From the human T2T-CHM13v2.0 reference genome, Homo sapiens: DNA of 64,000 nt. The notes under the pieces are model-generated. The model saw only the letters and a program-made list of their open reading frames with translations, did not search any database and was not told where the DNA came from. Shown here piece by piece: positions 27,963 to 42,296 of the stretch; position 1 is the first letter of the stretch; each line of letters starts with the position of its first letter. The stretch lies in assembly GCF_009914755.1 (NCBI RefSeq), contig NC_060935.1. One strand, 5' to 3'. The translations under genes and the position numbers were made by a program.

Positions 27963-30180
27963 TCATTATCTCTTTCCTCTACCAACTATTCTGGATTCCC
28001 TGCACCCTGGGCCTGTACTTCTGCTGGTCTTGGTGGCTTGCCTGGTGGGGTGATGCAGACTTCATCCCTGAGGTGTCTGAGCCCCTGGTCACCACACCTG
28101 GCGAGGCCATGGCTGCTGCAGTTGCCCGTTCAGACTTATTACCATACCAAGCACCAGGAGGGGCTGCAGCGAATTCCTCAGTCTTCAGACAAAGTCCTTC
28201 CTGCTCCTATTACATGGCAGCATACAACCACCCTCACCAAATGCCACCTACTAACTGGAGTCCTTAACATGTCCCCATTGAAGCATTCCCCTTCCCCAGT
28301 GGGAAATAACACCCCTAGTCCAAGCAGAGCTTGAAGTCGTGGAGATGGGAAACAAATTCGCCAGGGAGTCCTGCGGATGATGGTGAGAGCTTCCGCCCCT
28401 ACTTCCACCCCTACTTTCACCCCTTGGGTCCTCTCACTATAAGGGACACACACCATGGGGTGGCCATTGGTTCAGAGTATAGATCGCACCTTCCAACTCA
28501 GTGTCCCAGTGCCCTAGGGTGTCTTCCCCAAACTGGTTTCTTCCCCAAACATTCCACCCAGCCGGCAGATGCTTAGATGGAGACCCTAGTGGGTCCTCTT
28601 GTCCTGCCCATCATCACAACTATTTTGCTGTAATTTGATTCTCTCAGTTCAAGGCCATGTTATTTGCAATCCCATAATGGCAAATTAGACACCCCGTGAG
28701 TCCGCAGACTCACATGAGTCCAGAGTACTAGCTGGAGCCCTGCAGTCAGGCAAGGTAAAATCCTACCTGGAGTAGGGGTCAATTCTGGTCCAGAGGGCTT
28801 GCTGCTCCCTCCAGTGTAGGGGGATTAAATGCAACCAAGCTGCTGTCACATAGCGAGTTGGTCTCCTCCAGGGACAACACCATAATGAGGGCCTAGCGTT
28901 AGTCTCTGCTCCTGAACACGCAGGTGTTTAGCCGAAGCTGGATCAGCCTTTGTGAGCCGGACTCCAGGCACAGATGGAGTGAACCCATGCACGGTCTCCC
29001 AACCCACCACCGTGGCGACTCCTTGCACACACTCATTGTGCAAGTGCAGAGGTGGCTGTGGGCAGAGGCTGGTTGAGCTCTGCTGGCTGAGTCACCTTTT
29101 CTATCTGGTTCTTCAGTGCTTCATCTGCAGTTGATAATTTCAGGGGGCCAGCGGTGGTGTTGACGTAAGACAATGTGCTCACTCCCATTTGCTCATTCCC
29201 ATCACTCTTTCCCAGGCCATTTTTTTCTGATCTTCCAATCTCGTTCCTTCCAAGTCTCTGACGAACCAGCCCAATCAGTTACCATTGCCCAGAGTCTGTG
29301 TACATCCTTACCTAAGTGGATAACCAGGTGCTTGCCTGAAGCTCTGCTGGCTGGATCGGCTTGGAGTGAGGCAGCATCCATTTTTTATTTGCTCCAATAT
29401 ATCAAGCCAATATATCAAGTTTTTTATTTGCTCCAATATATCAAGCCAATGAATGAGACCCAGAGGATCCCAGCCTCTGTTAGCCAGGTGAGGTGTGAGC
29501 TGAGAGAGGCAGGGATGCCAGAGATGGGTGACATGGGGTCTGGGCCACCTGTTTGTGTAACCTGTTTATACCATTAGGACCTGCTCAGGCATGTTCCTGA
29601 CTGTTCCATTTTCATCATTCAGTGGATTGTTTTCATTACGGCCAAACACTCCGGCTTGGCAAGCCTGGTGATGCCCAGCTCAAGATGGGCAGCTCTACCA
29701 CGGAGTCACTGTTGTCCTGTGCCAGGCATGAGTGTCTGTCTATGAACTACTTTTCAGTGGTGACCAATTCTCTGCTGCTGACAGTATTGCCTGGTTCTTG
29801 CGTCCACACCGTGAATCCCCTATCTATTCTTTCCAGATGCTTTCCAGGCTTTCCACAGCATCCCTCTCTGCCACGGGCAGCTCTGGCACCGCAGGATGTG
29901 AAAAGATGCAGCCCAAGTGGCAGAGTTACTTATCTGGCACCTGAACCTTCTAGAGAGAGAGACATTTCTTGCTCTCAGATCCAACAAAACCGGCAGTCTC
30001 CAAGTCATCTCATAAAGAGGTTGGAGCAGTATTCCCAAGTGTGCCATGACAAGAGATCATCTCCAAAGTCCCAAGAGGCTTACCAAGGTCTGTGCCTTTT
30101 CCTTAGTGGTGGAAAATACAAGATGACGTAACTCATCCTTTACTTTGAAGGGAATGTCTCAGAATGACCCACACCACTGG

Positions 30181-30525
30181 ATTTTTTTGTTTTTTTTGAG
30201 TCTTGCTCTGCTCCCCAGGCTGGAGTGCATTGGCGTGATCATAGCTTACTACAGCCTCGACTTCCCAGGCTCAAGGGATCCTCCCACCTCAGCCTCTGGA
30301 GTAGCTGGGATCACAGGTGCACGCTACCATGCCCAGCTAATTTTAAAAATTTTTCGTAGAATTGGGGTCTCTCTATGTTGTCCAAGCTGGTCTTGACCTC
30401 CTGGGCTCAAGTGATCCTCCTGCCTCAGCCTCCCAAGTAGCTGGAACCACAGGTGTGCACCACCACGCCCAGCTACTTAAAAAATTTTTTTTAGACATGG
30501 GGTCTTGCTATATTACCCAGGATGG
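30181..30525 (-). mobile_element. Chimeric AluJ with two A-rich linkers
   Basis: Order is right arm, linker, left/right hybrid arm, linker, truncated left arm; flanked by ctggat(t/c)ttt. Confidence 0.85.
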
Positions 30526-31563
30526 ACCCCTGGATCTTTATTGAGATAGCAGACCCCTGAACCACTCTAGGGCTTATCCCCCACTCTCTGCAATGCATGG
30601 GTGCCTTACAAGGGCATGTAGGGTATGTTCCACTTCCTGCTTACCAGGTCTGATTAGCATGGCATCTTCAGTGTAGCATCCCTATGTGATGTTCTGTGGG
30701 ATGTCCAGATGATTAAGGTCCCTGTAAATGTGTACTGCTGCTATTCCAGGTAAGTGCAAATCAGTTTAGATACATCTTCCTGATAGGGTTTGAGAGGGTA
30801 CACACACCAGATCAACAGCTTTACACCGAATTCCAAGGCTGTGCTGATCTGTTCTACTGAAGACATTGTACATGGCACAACAGCAGCACTTGGGGCTCCC
30901 ATGCGGTTGGGTTTACAAGAGTCCATCATCATCTGCTACAATTCAGATGACTTTTTCAAGGGCCATACTGGTGAATTAAAGAGGGATATATTAGGGACCA
31001 CATTCTCTGCATCCTCTAAGTGAATAAGGGTGACACTCATCTCTGTCATGATGCTCAGACTTAGTATTGCTTCTGATTTTCCATCTTGTAAGTGTCTCCA
31101 GCCTAAACATGTGCTCAGAGACTAAAGAAATGGCCATAGATGGTTCTCCAGACTCACTGGCTTCCTGAAAGGTAGACTTGGGCCAGAACTTCATTTATCA
31201 CGTGGCTTCTGTAGACCCCACTCTAATGGGGGCGGTCACGATGGTATTTTGGGTTCTCTGGGACCAGTGTCAATTCTGACACGTATCCATCAGTCCTTGA
31301 GAAATCTGGGCATCCTCCTTCCCCACTATAAAAGCTATTCTGATAAATAAGCAGAGCAGAGGGATTGGGAGAATCCTACTGTGTGGGCTTTCAGGATCCT
31401 TCCTCAAGAGGACCTTTCTTCCCTTCAATCCGCAGGCTCTGAGTCTGAGAACTAGCACGAACCTAGAAGTTGGCGAAGAGATAATAATGTTTCCATTGAA
31501 GTGGCTGGCCTCAGCCTTCTGCTCACACATTCTTATCCTTTTTTGGTTACATAAGTCAAATAA

Positions 31564-31910
<347 letters not shown>

Positions 31911-33619
31911 AGAACACAGCCTATTATTCGTTACCACAGAGCCCTGAATGTCAGGCTCCTGGTGACCTTTCCACCCTCATTGCACATTTTGGTAATGGCA
32001 TCATCTTGCCTCTGAGGGTTAAGAGTGCTACATGGTCTCTGCCGTTTTGGGATCCTCTCTTCTCCGTGGACACTAGGGAGGCCAGTTCTATAGCAGCCTC
32101 CCGTCATCAATCCTGTACTGCAGATGATGACCACAACCGGATTTGGCAACGCCGCCGGGGCTTCCTTCACTGGTGCATGTCTTACAGTCTTCACAAGCAG
32201 AGTCCTCTGGCGCTCCCTGGGAACATACACAGGGAGTAAGTTCTCCAGTCTTCCATCATAACTTCATTGTAACACGTGCACCTTCTGAGCCACTTGATCC
32301 CTTTCTTGATCAAAATCTGCCAAGGTAACTCCAGCATTTCTTCCTCATCTACTGCAGGCCATTGTTGCTAAATCTCAAGATGGCAGCCTAGTAAAGCATT
32401 AGGCACAGCTCAAGCTGCCCTTGTCATGATGAAGACTCCTGAGTCACGGGACGGTGCCCCTTCATTGGTAAATTCTCCCCCTCCTGGCCTACTATTCCAC
32501 CCCTAATCTTGCCCAGCACACTCCATCCACCCCCAGGCATGTGCTCCCAGGTTTGTAGGTGCACGTTAGCAGGAACCTGCAGTTCCCCTCCCTCTCTTCC
32601 CTCTCGTCTTCTCCGTAGTCTCTTCTCTCGTATTTGGCCACAGCCGGGCAAGCCTTCCCAGCTGGCCATGCAGAGACTTGACCATCTGCTGTAGGTGGGA
32701 TTGTTCTAGCCCACCTTTCATGAAGGAAGCAGCCTCTCAAGGGTTCCAGGCTTACAGGTAGGAGGGGGCTGTCATTTCATCTCCTCCCTTCCCGTGGGCT
32801 CCAGGCCTTATTTCCCATCCCCATGGGGATCTTAAAACCAAGACCTCTGTTCAATTCCACAAAAACCATTTGCTCCTAATTGCCCAGGCTTTCTCTTCCA
32901 TTTCCCTGTTTGTTCCATGGAGTACTTTTACGTTCTTGCAAGCCCAGCTATGCATTTCAAAGAATGTCTGTGGCATTTAATCTAGCATGTTTACAGGCTT
33001 CGTTTTCGTTGTTGTTGCTATTATTTTCATAATATTAAGTCCTTGATATGGTAGGAAGCAGAACTCCTTGTGGTTTCTCTTTGCTTTTAGCTTCTGTCAC
33101 AAAAAAAGTCATTTGCTGTTGCAGAACAAATTGAACTGTGGTTTCCGTGCTAGCATGTTCCAAACAATTAAAGTACTTCTTGCCTCTTTCCACCCCCGGA
33201 ACTTTGGGGGAATTAATTTGGGAGTTGGGAGCAGGTAGAAATTTGTAGTGGGAGGGTCATATTAATGTAGGATAAAATCACTGTGATGTGGGGCAGGGCA
33301 CATCCTACTGTGCCCTCCTAACGCCCATGTAGTCTGCTTTTGATTGGTACTTTATCTTTATTTATTATATCTATTTATAAATATTTAGTTTTGTTTTCTT
33401 CTAGGTCTTTGCAGTTCATTTTTCCCCTCCTTTGACACATGTGCAATCTATTTTTGTGTGTGGAGTGAGATATGAATCCAACTTTCCTCCCCCATATGGC
33501 CAGTGAATAGTCCTGGTTCTACTTCTGAAGACGCTCCTGCTCTTGCCCACTGAGTATGACACATCCATTATTTCTGGGCAGGCGGTTCTGTTCCACTGAC
33601 CGGCTGTTCATCCATGCAT

Positions 33620-34140
33620 GGAATCAGTAGGAGTGTGTTTGGCTGCAAGTAGGAGAAAAAGAACCCCAAACCAGCTACGCCTTAGACAGGTGGTGGGTCA
33701 CTTTTTCATGTGTAACTGTGAATCCAGAATGGACAATTTCTGGCATTGGTTCAGTCACCTAATGGTGCCACCAGGGACCACACCCTCCCCTTCTCTCTTT
33801 CCATCCATGCCATAACCATGTCTGTCACCTCCTGGGTACAGATGGCCACTGTAGCACCAGGCCTCTCCTCTGCTCTTGGGACAACGGAGCGAAGTGTGCC
33901 AGCAGCATCTGCCCTTTCATCGGGAGGGCGAGGTTTCCTAGAGCCCCAGCCGACTTCTGTTCATGCCTTGCTGGCCAGAGCCAAGGTGTATTCTGCTTCC
34001 TCCAATTGTAGGGAAAGCTGGAAAAGTGGGTAACTGGACTGTCCTGAGTGACTTAGAGCAATCGTGATTACCTTGGGCTGGGTGTGAAGGCAGGAGCTCC
34101 AGTCTGAACCGCTGTAGCATTGCAGTGCCCTGAGAGAATA
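33620..34140 (-). mobile_element. MLT1 (MaLR) LTR remnant
   Basis: tttggctgcaagtagg...; attgtagggaaagctggaaaagtggg. Confidence 0.6.
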
Positions 34141-34390
34141 TTGTGCCTCAGGGGTACTTGTGCAGGAAAAACCAAACCAAAGCTAGAATTCCTGGATGTG
34201 GCTGTTTTCACACAGGGCTTGCATTCCGCCTGTGGGGGGTGTGACACACCCAACCTCCCCCAGCAGGACTGGATGATCCATTTAAACCACACCCCACTTG
34301 ACCCCACAGGAGAAGGTGGAGAGCACAATGTGCCTCAGGGAGCCCAACTGAGTGAGGTGGGTGGCAGAGGGTGGTATACAGAATGACACT

Positions 34391-35223
34391 TGTGATATTA
34401 CCATACCATAAGAAATCTATATTTGGTCTCTGCTCCTGGTTCTTGGCACACAGCCTCTAAAACCCTTGGAATCTCTGGCGTGGTAAGAGTGCCTTTAGTA
34501 TGCTCATCAGATGACTGGTGGTTGGGGGCCCCTAGGTAGCCTTAGGATGGGACTGGTCACCAGAAAGACCAAGGCAGGACTAGCCAGCCCCACCTCCCAA
34601 CCTCCAGGGAGCGGAGAGGGGCCGAAGGTTGAGTTAATCACCAATGGCCAATGATGCAATCAATTCTGCCTACAAAGTGAAGCTTCCATAAAACCCAAAA
34701 GGACTGGGTTTGGAGAGCTTCCGGGTTGCTGAACACGTGGTGGTGTCCCGAGAATGGCGCCCAGGGAGGGTGTGGAATCTCCGCGGCCCCCCTCACAGCC
34801 CTGCCCCATGTGCCCCCTCCATCTCGCAGTTCATCTGTGTCCTTTCTAATCTTCACAATAAACTATAACTGTAAGTAAGTGTCTCCCCGAATTCTGTGAG
34901 CAGTCCTAGCCAATGAATTGAACCCGAGGAAGAGGTCGTGGGGACCTCTTAGAGGTGATTGGTCAGAAGCACAGGTCACCACCCAGGGCTTGTGATTGGC
35001 ATCAGAAGCGGGGGCAGTCTTGTGGGACTGAACTCTCACCCTGTGAAAATCTGACACTAACTGCAGGTAGGTGGTGTCAGAACTGGGTTAAATTATAGGA
35101 CACCCTGCTGGTGCCCCCTGAGAGCCTCCACCCCCCGCACATCTGGGCACAGGTGTATTCTGCGTTGAGTGGTGCGGGATGTTCAGGAGTGGGGAAACAC
35201 TCTGCTGTTTCCTGTATCTTACA
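34391..35223 (+). mobile_element. MER21-type solo LTR
   Basis: tgtgatatt...tatatttggtc start; ggtcaccagaaagaccaaggcagga; AATAAA ~34857; ends ...atcttaca. Confidence 0.88.
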
Positions 35224-35244
35224 CAGCAGCTTCGGTCACCCAGA

Positions 35245-35630
35245 TGTACTCATGCCCTGCTGAGGCTGTAAAAATTCCCCACAAATGTAGTGGCTTAAAA
35301 GCACTTATTATCTTACAGTTCTGGGGGTCAGAAGTCTGAAGTGGGTCTCACTGGGCTAAGATGAAGGTGGCAGTGGGGCTGGTTCTTTCTGGAAGCTCTG
35401 GGGGTCCCAGATGCTGGAGGCCTCCCCTCCATCTTCAAATCCAGCAGCCTCGCCTTTCCCAGTCTCTCAGCTTCTGTCTGCTTGTCAGCTTCTCTCTTCG
35501 GAGGACCCCTGTGATTCCTTCCAGCCCCTCAGGATCGTCCCCCACCTCCAGATGCTGAACTCGGTCTCAGCTGCAAAGTCCCTTTTGCATATAAGGTAAC
35601 ACTCACAGGTTCTGTGGGTTAGGACCAAGC
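35245..35630 (-). mobile_element. MLT1B/C LTR
   Basis: ttattatcttacagttctgggggtcagaagtctgaagtgggtctcactgggctaa. Confidence 0.82.
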
Positions 35631-36819
35631 TGTTCTCTGTGTTGTCCTAGGTGAGAGGCAACAGCGGATTCTCCCTGCAGGTGAGGGAGGAAGGGCTCGG
35701 GGGCAGGGCAGAGCTGGGAACCTTCCAGAAAGTCCACAGCTCCTTGGGCTCAGGGCATGACTGTCCCCTCAGCTCTGTTGTGAACTGGGCCTCCCTGCAG
35801 GGCCCTCAGCCTGGTTCCTGTTTAAAGTCTGCCCAGGTCTCAGTCAGAGCTCGGTCTCTGCCCTCCAGCCACACCCGATTAGCCCCACTTGGAAAACCTC
35901 GATGGTCCCAGGCTGGGTCTCCCAGGGCCTCAGCCCACCCCAGCAGCCTCTTGGCAGCTCTCCCACCTCTACCTGGCCCTCCTCATCAAGGCTGGGTGAG
36001 CTTTCTAAGGTGGAAATCTGAGTAGGCGGTACCTCCTTTATCTAAAACCCTGTGATGACTGGGTTTTGTGCTAAAGCCCCCCCAACATCCTGGCTTTGCC
36101 GAGGGGCCTTTCAGGAGATGGAGCTCTGATTCTCACTTCATCCCCCAGAGTGCAGAGAGGATTGCCTTCCTCATCATCCCAGGTCACTGTCACCTCTTGG
36201 GCTTTACAGGGTGGCTCCTCCTGCCTGACACCCTCCTCCCACCCTTCATCCACCAACTCCTGTGCATCTCAGGGCCCGCTTGGCTGTTACCTCCCCAGGG
36301 AAGACTTCAGGACTGGCCAGGTTCCTGTGGATGCAACAGAAACAGATTCTGCTCTCAGGCTTGGGTCTACCCGAGTCATTGCCGCCGTCTCTGCTACACC
36401 GGCTGGGCGCTCCCGTGGGCATCCGAAGCCCTTGGCACATATATCAGTCCTGGCCCCGACTGCAACCACAGTCCTCAATGGCTGACTTGCCCGTCGCCTC
36501 CCTGCCCCGCCTGCTCCTGGTGACCAGGACCCCACCCTATTCAGTTGACCACTGTGGGTCAGCATAGCGCCCAGCCATGACTGCTCAAAGACCATGGCAC
36601 GCAGCAGGGACTTGAGGGGCAGCTCCAAACTCCAGAACGCGAAGAACTCGGTGGTTCCCCACAAGGCAGATGGAGGGGAAACTGAGGCTGGGAAGCTGAG
36701 TCCTTTCTGCCTGGGGCTTCCTCTCTCAAGAAAGGAGGCCGGTGGCGCACATTTGGAAAAGTGTCTAGCAGTATCAGCAAAGCTAAACAGATGCTCACCC
36801 CCTGGCCCAGCAAATCCAC

Positions 36820-37735
36820 CATGGGTCACACCTGCTGCAATAATGAATTGGGAGTGCATTAGGCTGAGATGACGCCAATACCTTCGGTTCTGACAGAAGC
36901 AAACGGAAACCCAACGCAGAGGGAATGGTCCCAGTCTAGGAAACCAAGAGACTCAAGCATAACCAATGAGAAACTGCCAAGTAACCTCTAACTAGGGACT
37001 TTCCACTTTAATTAACCAAATGTTTTCTTTGTCTTGCTTTTGCAAGCCTCTTATAAAAGTTTTCCCCTGATGGCCCCTCGGCAGAGCCTGGGTAGCTCTA
37101 GATCCAGTGCTGCTCAATTCATGAACTGCTGAACGTTCAAATAAACTTATTGCAAATTTTAATGTGCTCAAGTCTGTCTAACATACCCAGTGGGAATGAG
37201 TGTGGATGTCCCCCAAGACATTATTCCATGATCGTCGAGAGAAGCCTTACTTAAGACAGCCTCGAACTGGAATCACCCCAGTGAAACCCTTTAAGAACTC
37301 TGGACACCAAAGCTCGGGAGAGCTTCCAGGCTGGTGAGCACATGGATGTCACAGGTAGCTGAGCTGCCTGGTTCCCCAGAGAGAGGACATGAGGCTCGGT
37401 GTTCAGGACTCCCCTTGACCTTGCCCCGCACATCTCTGCATCTGGCCGGTGCTGATCTGTATATTTTATAACAAAACTGTTATCATAAGTACAGTGCTTC
37501 CCTGAGTTCTGTGAGTTGTTGTAGCAATTTGTTGAACCTGAGGGGTTTGTGGGAACTCCTGAATTGGTAGCCAGTCAAAAGTGCAGGTGGCCTGGGGACC
37601 CCTGAACTTGTAGCTGGTATCTGAAGTGGGGGCCGTCTTGTTGGGAACCACATCCTTAAGCCCGTGGAGTCTGACGCTAACTCTAGGCGGTTGTCAGAAC
37701 TGAATTACCATCCGCCAGTCAGGGTTGAAACAGAA
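36820..37735 (+). mobile_element. MER77/MER21-related LTR, split by a MER57-like LTR
   Basis: aactctggacaccaaagctcgggagagcttccaggctggtga; ctgagttctgtgagttgttgtagcaatttgttgaacctgagg. Confidence 0.65.
36865..37183 (+). mobile_element. MER57-like ERV1 LTR
   Basis: aaccaatgagaaactgcc...actagggactttccac; TATA ~37051; AATAAA ~37139; ends ...ctaaca. Confidence 0.65.
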
Positions 37736-38407
37736 TATTCAGAAACCCCATGTAGCTGAGCAGAAATGTGCTTGAGAAGGGAACCCCACATCTGTTTAGA
37801 AAATGGTTTTAACACAGAGACATCCAGAATTGAGTCTGGCAATGATGAAGTAGATCAAAATGACAGCATTTATGTTTTTGTGCTAAGTTCAGAAATACAC
37901 ATCTTTGGCATTTTAAGAACTTACAAAGTTTAAGAGAATTTGGCATATTTGAGTCTTCACATCAGACGTGTGATTCTAATTTTAAATGTGCTCTTGAGTC
38001 ATTGATTTCTGAGCCCTTCAAACAACCCATGAGCTCAACCCATGATCCCTTCAACCAACCAGCCTGATGCTAGTAATCAGCATCTGTGATTGCAAGCTGA
38101 AATCTTACTAAGTTGGTAAACAGTTTTTGAATATTTAAAAATCACCATAATTATACGTTTAATGTATTTGATTTATGAGAATCACGTAAGGACTTGGGAA
38201 GATTTGTTAGTCAGATAATTGAAAAACTTAGAAAATGGAATATAATAAATTTTGACTGCAGCTTAAAATGTTTAAAGGAATTTAAATTAACTAAGAAGGT
38301 AAATAATACAAACATTAATTAAATTTCTCCTTATAAATGATGATTGAAATTTGCTGGATCTACTCATAGAATAAGATTTGTAAGTTGCATTTAAAAGCTC
38401 AAGGAAG

Positions 38408-38590
38408 GTGGGTAGAGGAACAGGCAGTTGCTATTCAATAGGTGTGGAGTTTCAGTTACACAAGGTGTAAAGTTCCAGAGATGCACACAGCACAGGGCCC
38501 ACAGTTAACAGTACCACACCGTACACTTAGAAGCTTGTCAAGAGGGTAGATCTTGTGTTAAGTGTTCTTACCACAATTTTTTAAAAAGCA
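38408..38590 (+). mobile_element. Short L1MA/L1MB 3' end
   Basis: gagggtagatcttgtgttaagtgttcttaccacaat; TSD aaaag(c/t)tcaaggaag. Confidence 0.82.
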
Positions 38591-38633
38591 GTAGAGCTAA
38601 AAGTTCAAGGAAGAATTAGGACTTAAACATCAA

Positions 38634-38960
<327 letters not shown>

Positions 38961-40305
38961 TAAAAACCAAACTATTTCTGAAGTCTTTTCCCTCCTCAAA
39001 GGCTGCCTTCAAGAACACTCAAAAAAATCGCTGGAGTTGGACCAGAAGGACGCTGGAATAAGGTGGATCCAGCTGTCACCTGCCTAGATGAGGCCCAGGA
39101 CAAATGGGATGGTAGGCACGGCAGGTGGTGGCCTCAAGGGCTCAGTAGGAGCCCCGGACCCAGGGTCTCAGCACTGAACAAGTCCCCAAACCCAGGGACA
39201 GGCTGAGTGAGCTTAGAGGGAACAGAGGCTGAAATTGTGGATGGAGATGAATTACAAACACAAGCAAAATAGGCTCTATTTATTTCTCACCTGAGGTTGT
39301 GGCCTGAGAATGGATCTACCTTCTTGTTTCCTCCCAGGGACTGGAGGGGAACTGAAGGGTGGCTATGAGGCACATCTCGCCTGCCAGAGAGGTGCTCAGT
39401 GCTGGGTAAGCAGCGAGCCCTGTGTCTCTTCCCCTCCTTTCCCTTTATTTCCTTTCTTTTCCTTTTCTTCTTCTTTGCTTTTTAGGCTTTTTGCTGTTTT
39501 CTTGCTACCTCCTCCTCCCTGCATCTCGCTGGTTGCCTTGCTTCGGAGTCTGAGGCCAGCACATCCATCGTCCCCCAAATACGCAGGTATTTGCCCATCA
39601 CAACTCCCTCAAGCCCCAGCTGCCATGGAGGCCTAGGGCAGGGGTCTGATCCCCAGGGGGGCCCTCCCCACAGTGCTCAGGCACTTCCTGGTCAGCGGCA
39701 GGTGCGGAACCAATGGAGAAATCACCGTGACCTTGGCTAAGCCCCTCTCTGGAGATGGGTGGGTCTCATCAGGGCCCCATCTGGGAAAACAAAACAGTCC
39801 CATTGACGACTCTGTCCTCAGCACCCAGAGCCAGAGCTTGGGATCCGAGAGAGGGGTGTGGGGCTGTCTCAGACACGGGGCCTTCTGGAAGATGCCGTTC
39901 AGATGCCGAACCCGGGAGGCTTAGGACTCGCCCAGGCACTCTGAGATCCGACTGTTGCTATAGGCTGTGTGACGGTCCCCACGGCGTCCTTAGCCAGCCC
40001 AGCCCACAGCATTAGAAAGGACCACTTTTCTCATTTCCCTTTTGATCTTACTCTGAAAGTGAAGCTTTAAAAGAAATGGGACTTTATTCTTGTGCTTATC
40101 ACCTGAGTCTGCCACGGAGCACTCACCTTCAGCCAGCAGCTCTGGACCCGGAGGTACTCCCCAAAGCAGCCCTCAGGCCAGTCTGCAGTGCCCTGGGGTC
40201 ACCAAAGCATCCCAGCCACTGTGCCTCACAGCCTCTGTGAAAACAAGCCACGACAGCCCAACCACCCGGGTCTTCAGAGCCTCTTGTCTGCTGGGTGTTG
40301 CCCTC

Positions 40306-40746
40306 TGTGATTGGCAGAAGAACGCCCCCCGAAGATACTCAGGTCCTAATCCCTGGAACCTGCGAATGTTCCCTTACACGGCAACAGAGACTTTGCAGAT
40401 GTGATTAAGTTCAGGTTCTTGAGATTAAGGGAGATTATCCCGCATTATCCGAGAGGTCCCTAAATGTAATCACAAGTGTCCTTCTAAGAGGGAGGTGGAG
40501 GGAGATTTGGTGAAAGAAGACGGTCACTGAGCACTGAAGCCAGAAGCACCGCTTGGAAGCAAGAGGAGGCGAGGACGGGCTCTCCTCAGAGCCTCTGGAG
40601 GGTGCAAGTCCCTGCCACCACCTTGGTGTCAGCCCAGGGAGGCTGATTTTGGACTCCTGGATTCAAGACTGTTAGAGAATAAAGGTGTGTGATTTTAAGC
40701 CACCGCACTGGTGGTCATTGTTACAGTGGCTGAGGAAGCAGATACA
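40306..40746 (+). mobile_element. MLT1C/D LTR
   Basis: gtcctaatccctggaacctgcgaatgtt...gactttgcagatgtgattaag; gagaataaaggtgtgtgattttaagcca. Confidence 0.87.
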
Positions 40747-41389
40747 CCTGCCCAGAGCCCCTCCTTGCTCTCAGCTCACCTGGATGCCCGAGCTCCTCCT
40801 CTGGGGCCCATGGCCTCTGCTGACCTCCTGGACCCAGCCATCATCTTCCCTAGCACACTGCTGACATCTCACCATCTGGTGGAGAACTTCTGGGCATCTG
40901 TCTCTGAACTTGACAATGACACTCCCCTCCCCCCTCCCCGAACGCCAAGCAAAGCTTCCATCTTGGTGCCCTCCTGGGAGTCTTCAATCCCCCAGACTCT
41001 CACATCAGCCAGAGAAATGCTGGTTATTCCCAAATCCACAGTGTCAGTTTCTACACAAGCATGGGGCGGGTGCTGGTGCAGGACACGGAGCCTGTGGTCC
41101 GGCAGTGCATGACAGAAACCTTTTTCTCCACCATTGCCACTGAGGTGTGAGTCTCCACCATGCCCCATAGGCTGTAGCTGCTTGGATATCTCCCAGGCCC
41201 TCTATGCAGGGGAGGGGGTCTGCTGCTGCCTTCCGTACAGGTCTGTCTCCTGGGGCACAGTGCGGGTGTGGAAGGATGCAGAGTGTTTCTGGAGGTGAAA
41301 ATGGAAGACATCCGGCACCAAAATCATTTACTCATTCACTCAGCAAACATTAATTGGCATCCATGCAAGCCTAGCTCTGTTCTCTTAGG

Positions 41390-41620
41390 AAGTGACATGG
41401 CGGGTCAAAGCATGAGCCCTGGAGGCCGGTGACCTGGACTCAAATCTTGGCCCAACCACCTTCTGGCTGTGTGATCTTGGGCAACTTACTTGGCCTCTCT
41501 GTGCCTCAAGTAATTGTAGTACCAACTTGCTGCCCTCCACCAAGGTAGGAGGAAGACATGCGAAGAGGTGGGAATGACACTGAGCCCAGCGCCTGGCATG
41601 CAGCAGGCTCAGGTCCACTC
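41390..41620 (+). mobile_element. MIR
   Basis: ggctgtgtgatcttgggcaacttacttggcctctctgtgcctca. Confidence 0.8.
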
Positions 41621-42296
41621 AGCAAAGGGCAAGAAGAGCCACAGCAGGAGAGGCAATGTGAGAATCAGTAGGATTTAAGGAGATGTGGGTGCCTCAGACC
41701 TGAAGGACAGCAAGTAATTCTGGAAGGACCAAAAGCATCAGTGAGGGGCAGGGCCGGCAAGAATTTAACTTACAAAAAAGGCAGTGAGGACAAAGGAAAG
41801 AGAAGGGCTGGCTGTGGCACTGCCTCTCTGTGATAGATCACAGACAGAAGTGGCCCGGATCTCCTCTCCTGCTCCCTCCACAGAAGATCCATGTCCCCTG
41901 CCATTTCAGTGGGGCCTGGTGTGTGATTCCCAGGACTCGAAGCAGTTGCCACAGGCCCTGCTCACAGGTGGGCAGCTGGTGGGAGGACTTGCAAGCAGCC
42001 TGCCACCTGGCAGTTGAGCTTCCCTTGGCCCCATGTCAAGCTGTGGGCTCTGTTCTCTGCTCCTGGTCTTGCAGCAAATGCCATTTCTGTGGCCAGGTCA
42101 GCTGTTGGTGCTGAAGGGGGAGCTCCCTGCTGGCTGCTGTCATGGGCAGCACCTTCTGCAGTCACTGCTGGCTGTGCTTCCTGGTGGAAGTGGCTGAGAC
42201 TAGCATGATAATGAACTTAGGGCCCTTCCATGAGGCTGCAGGAGGGAATCCCCCAGGGCCCGACATCGGGGCTGCCAGCCTTTTTTCTTTGCTCAC

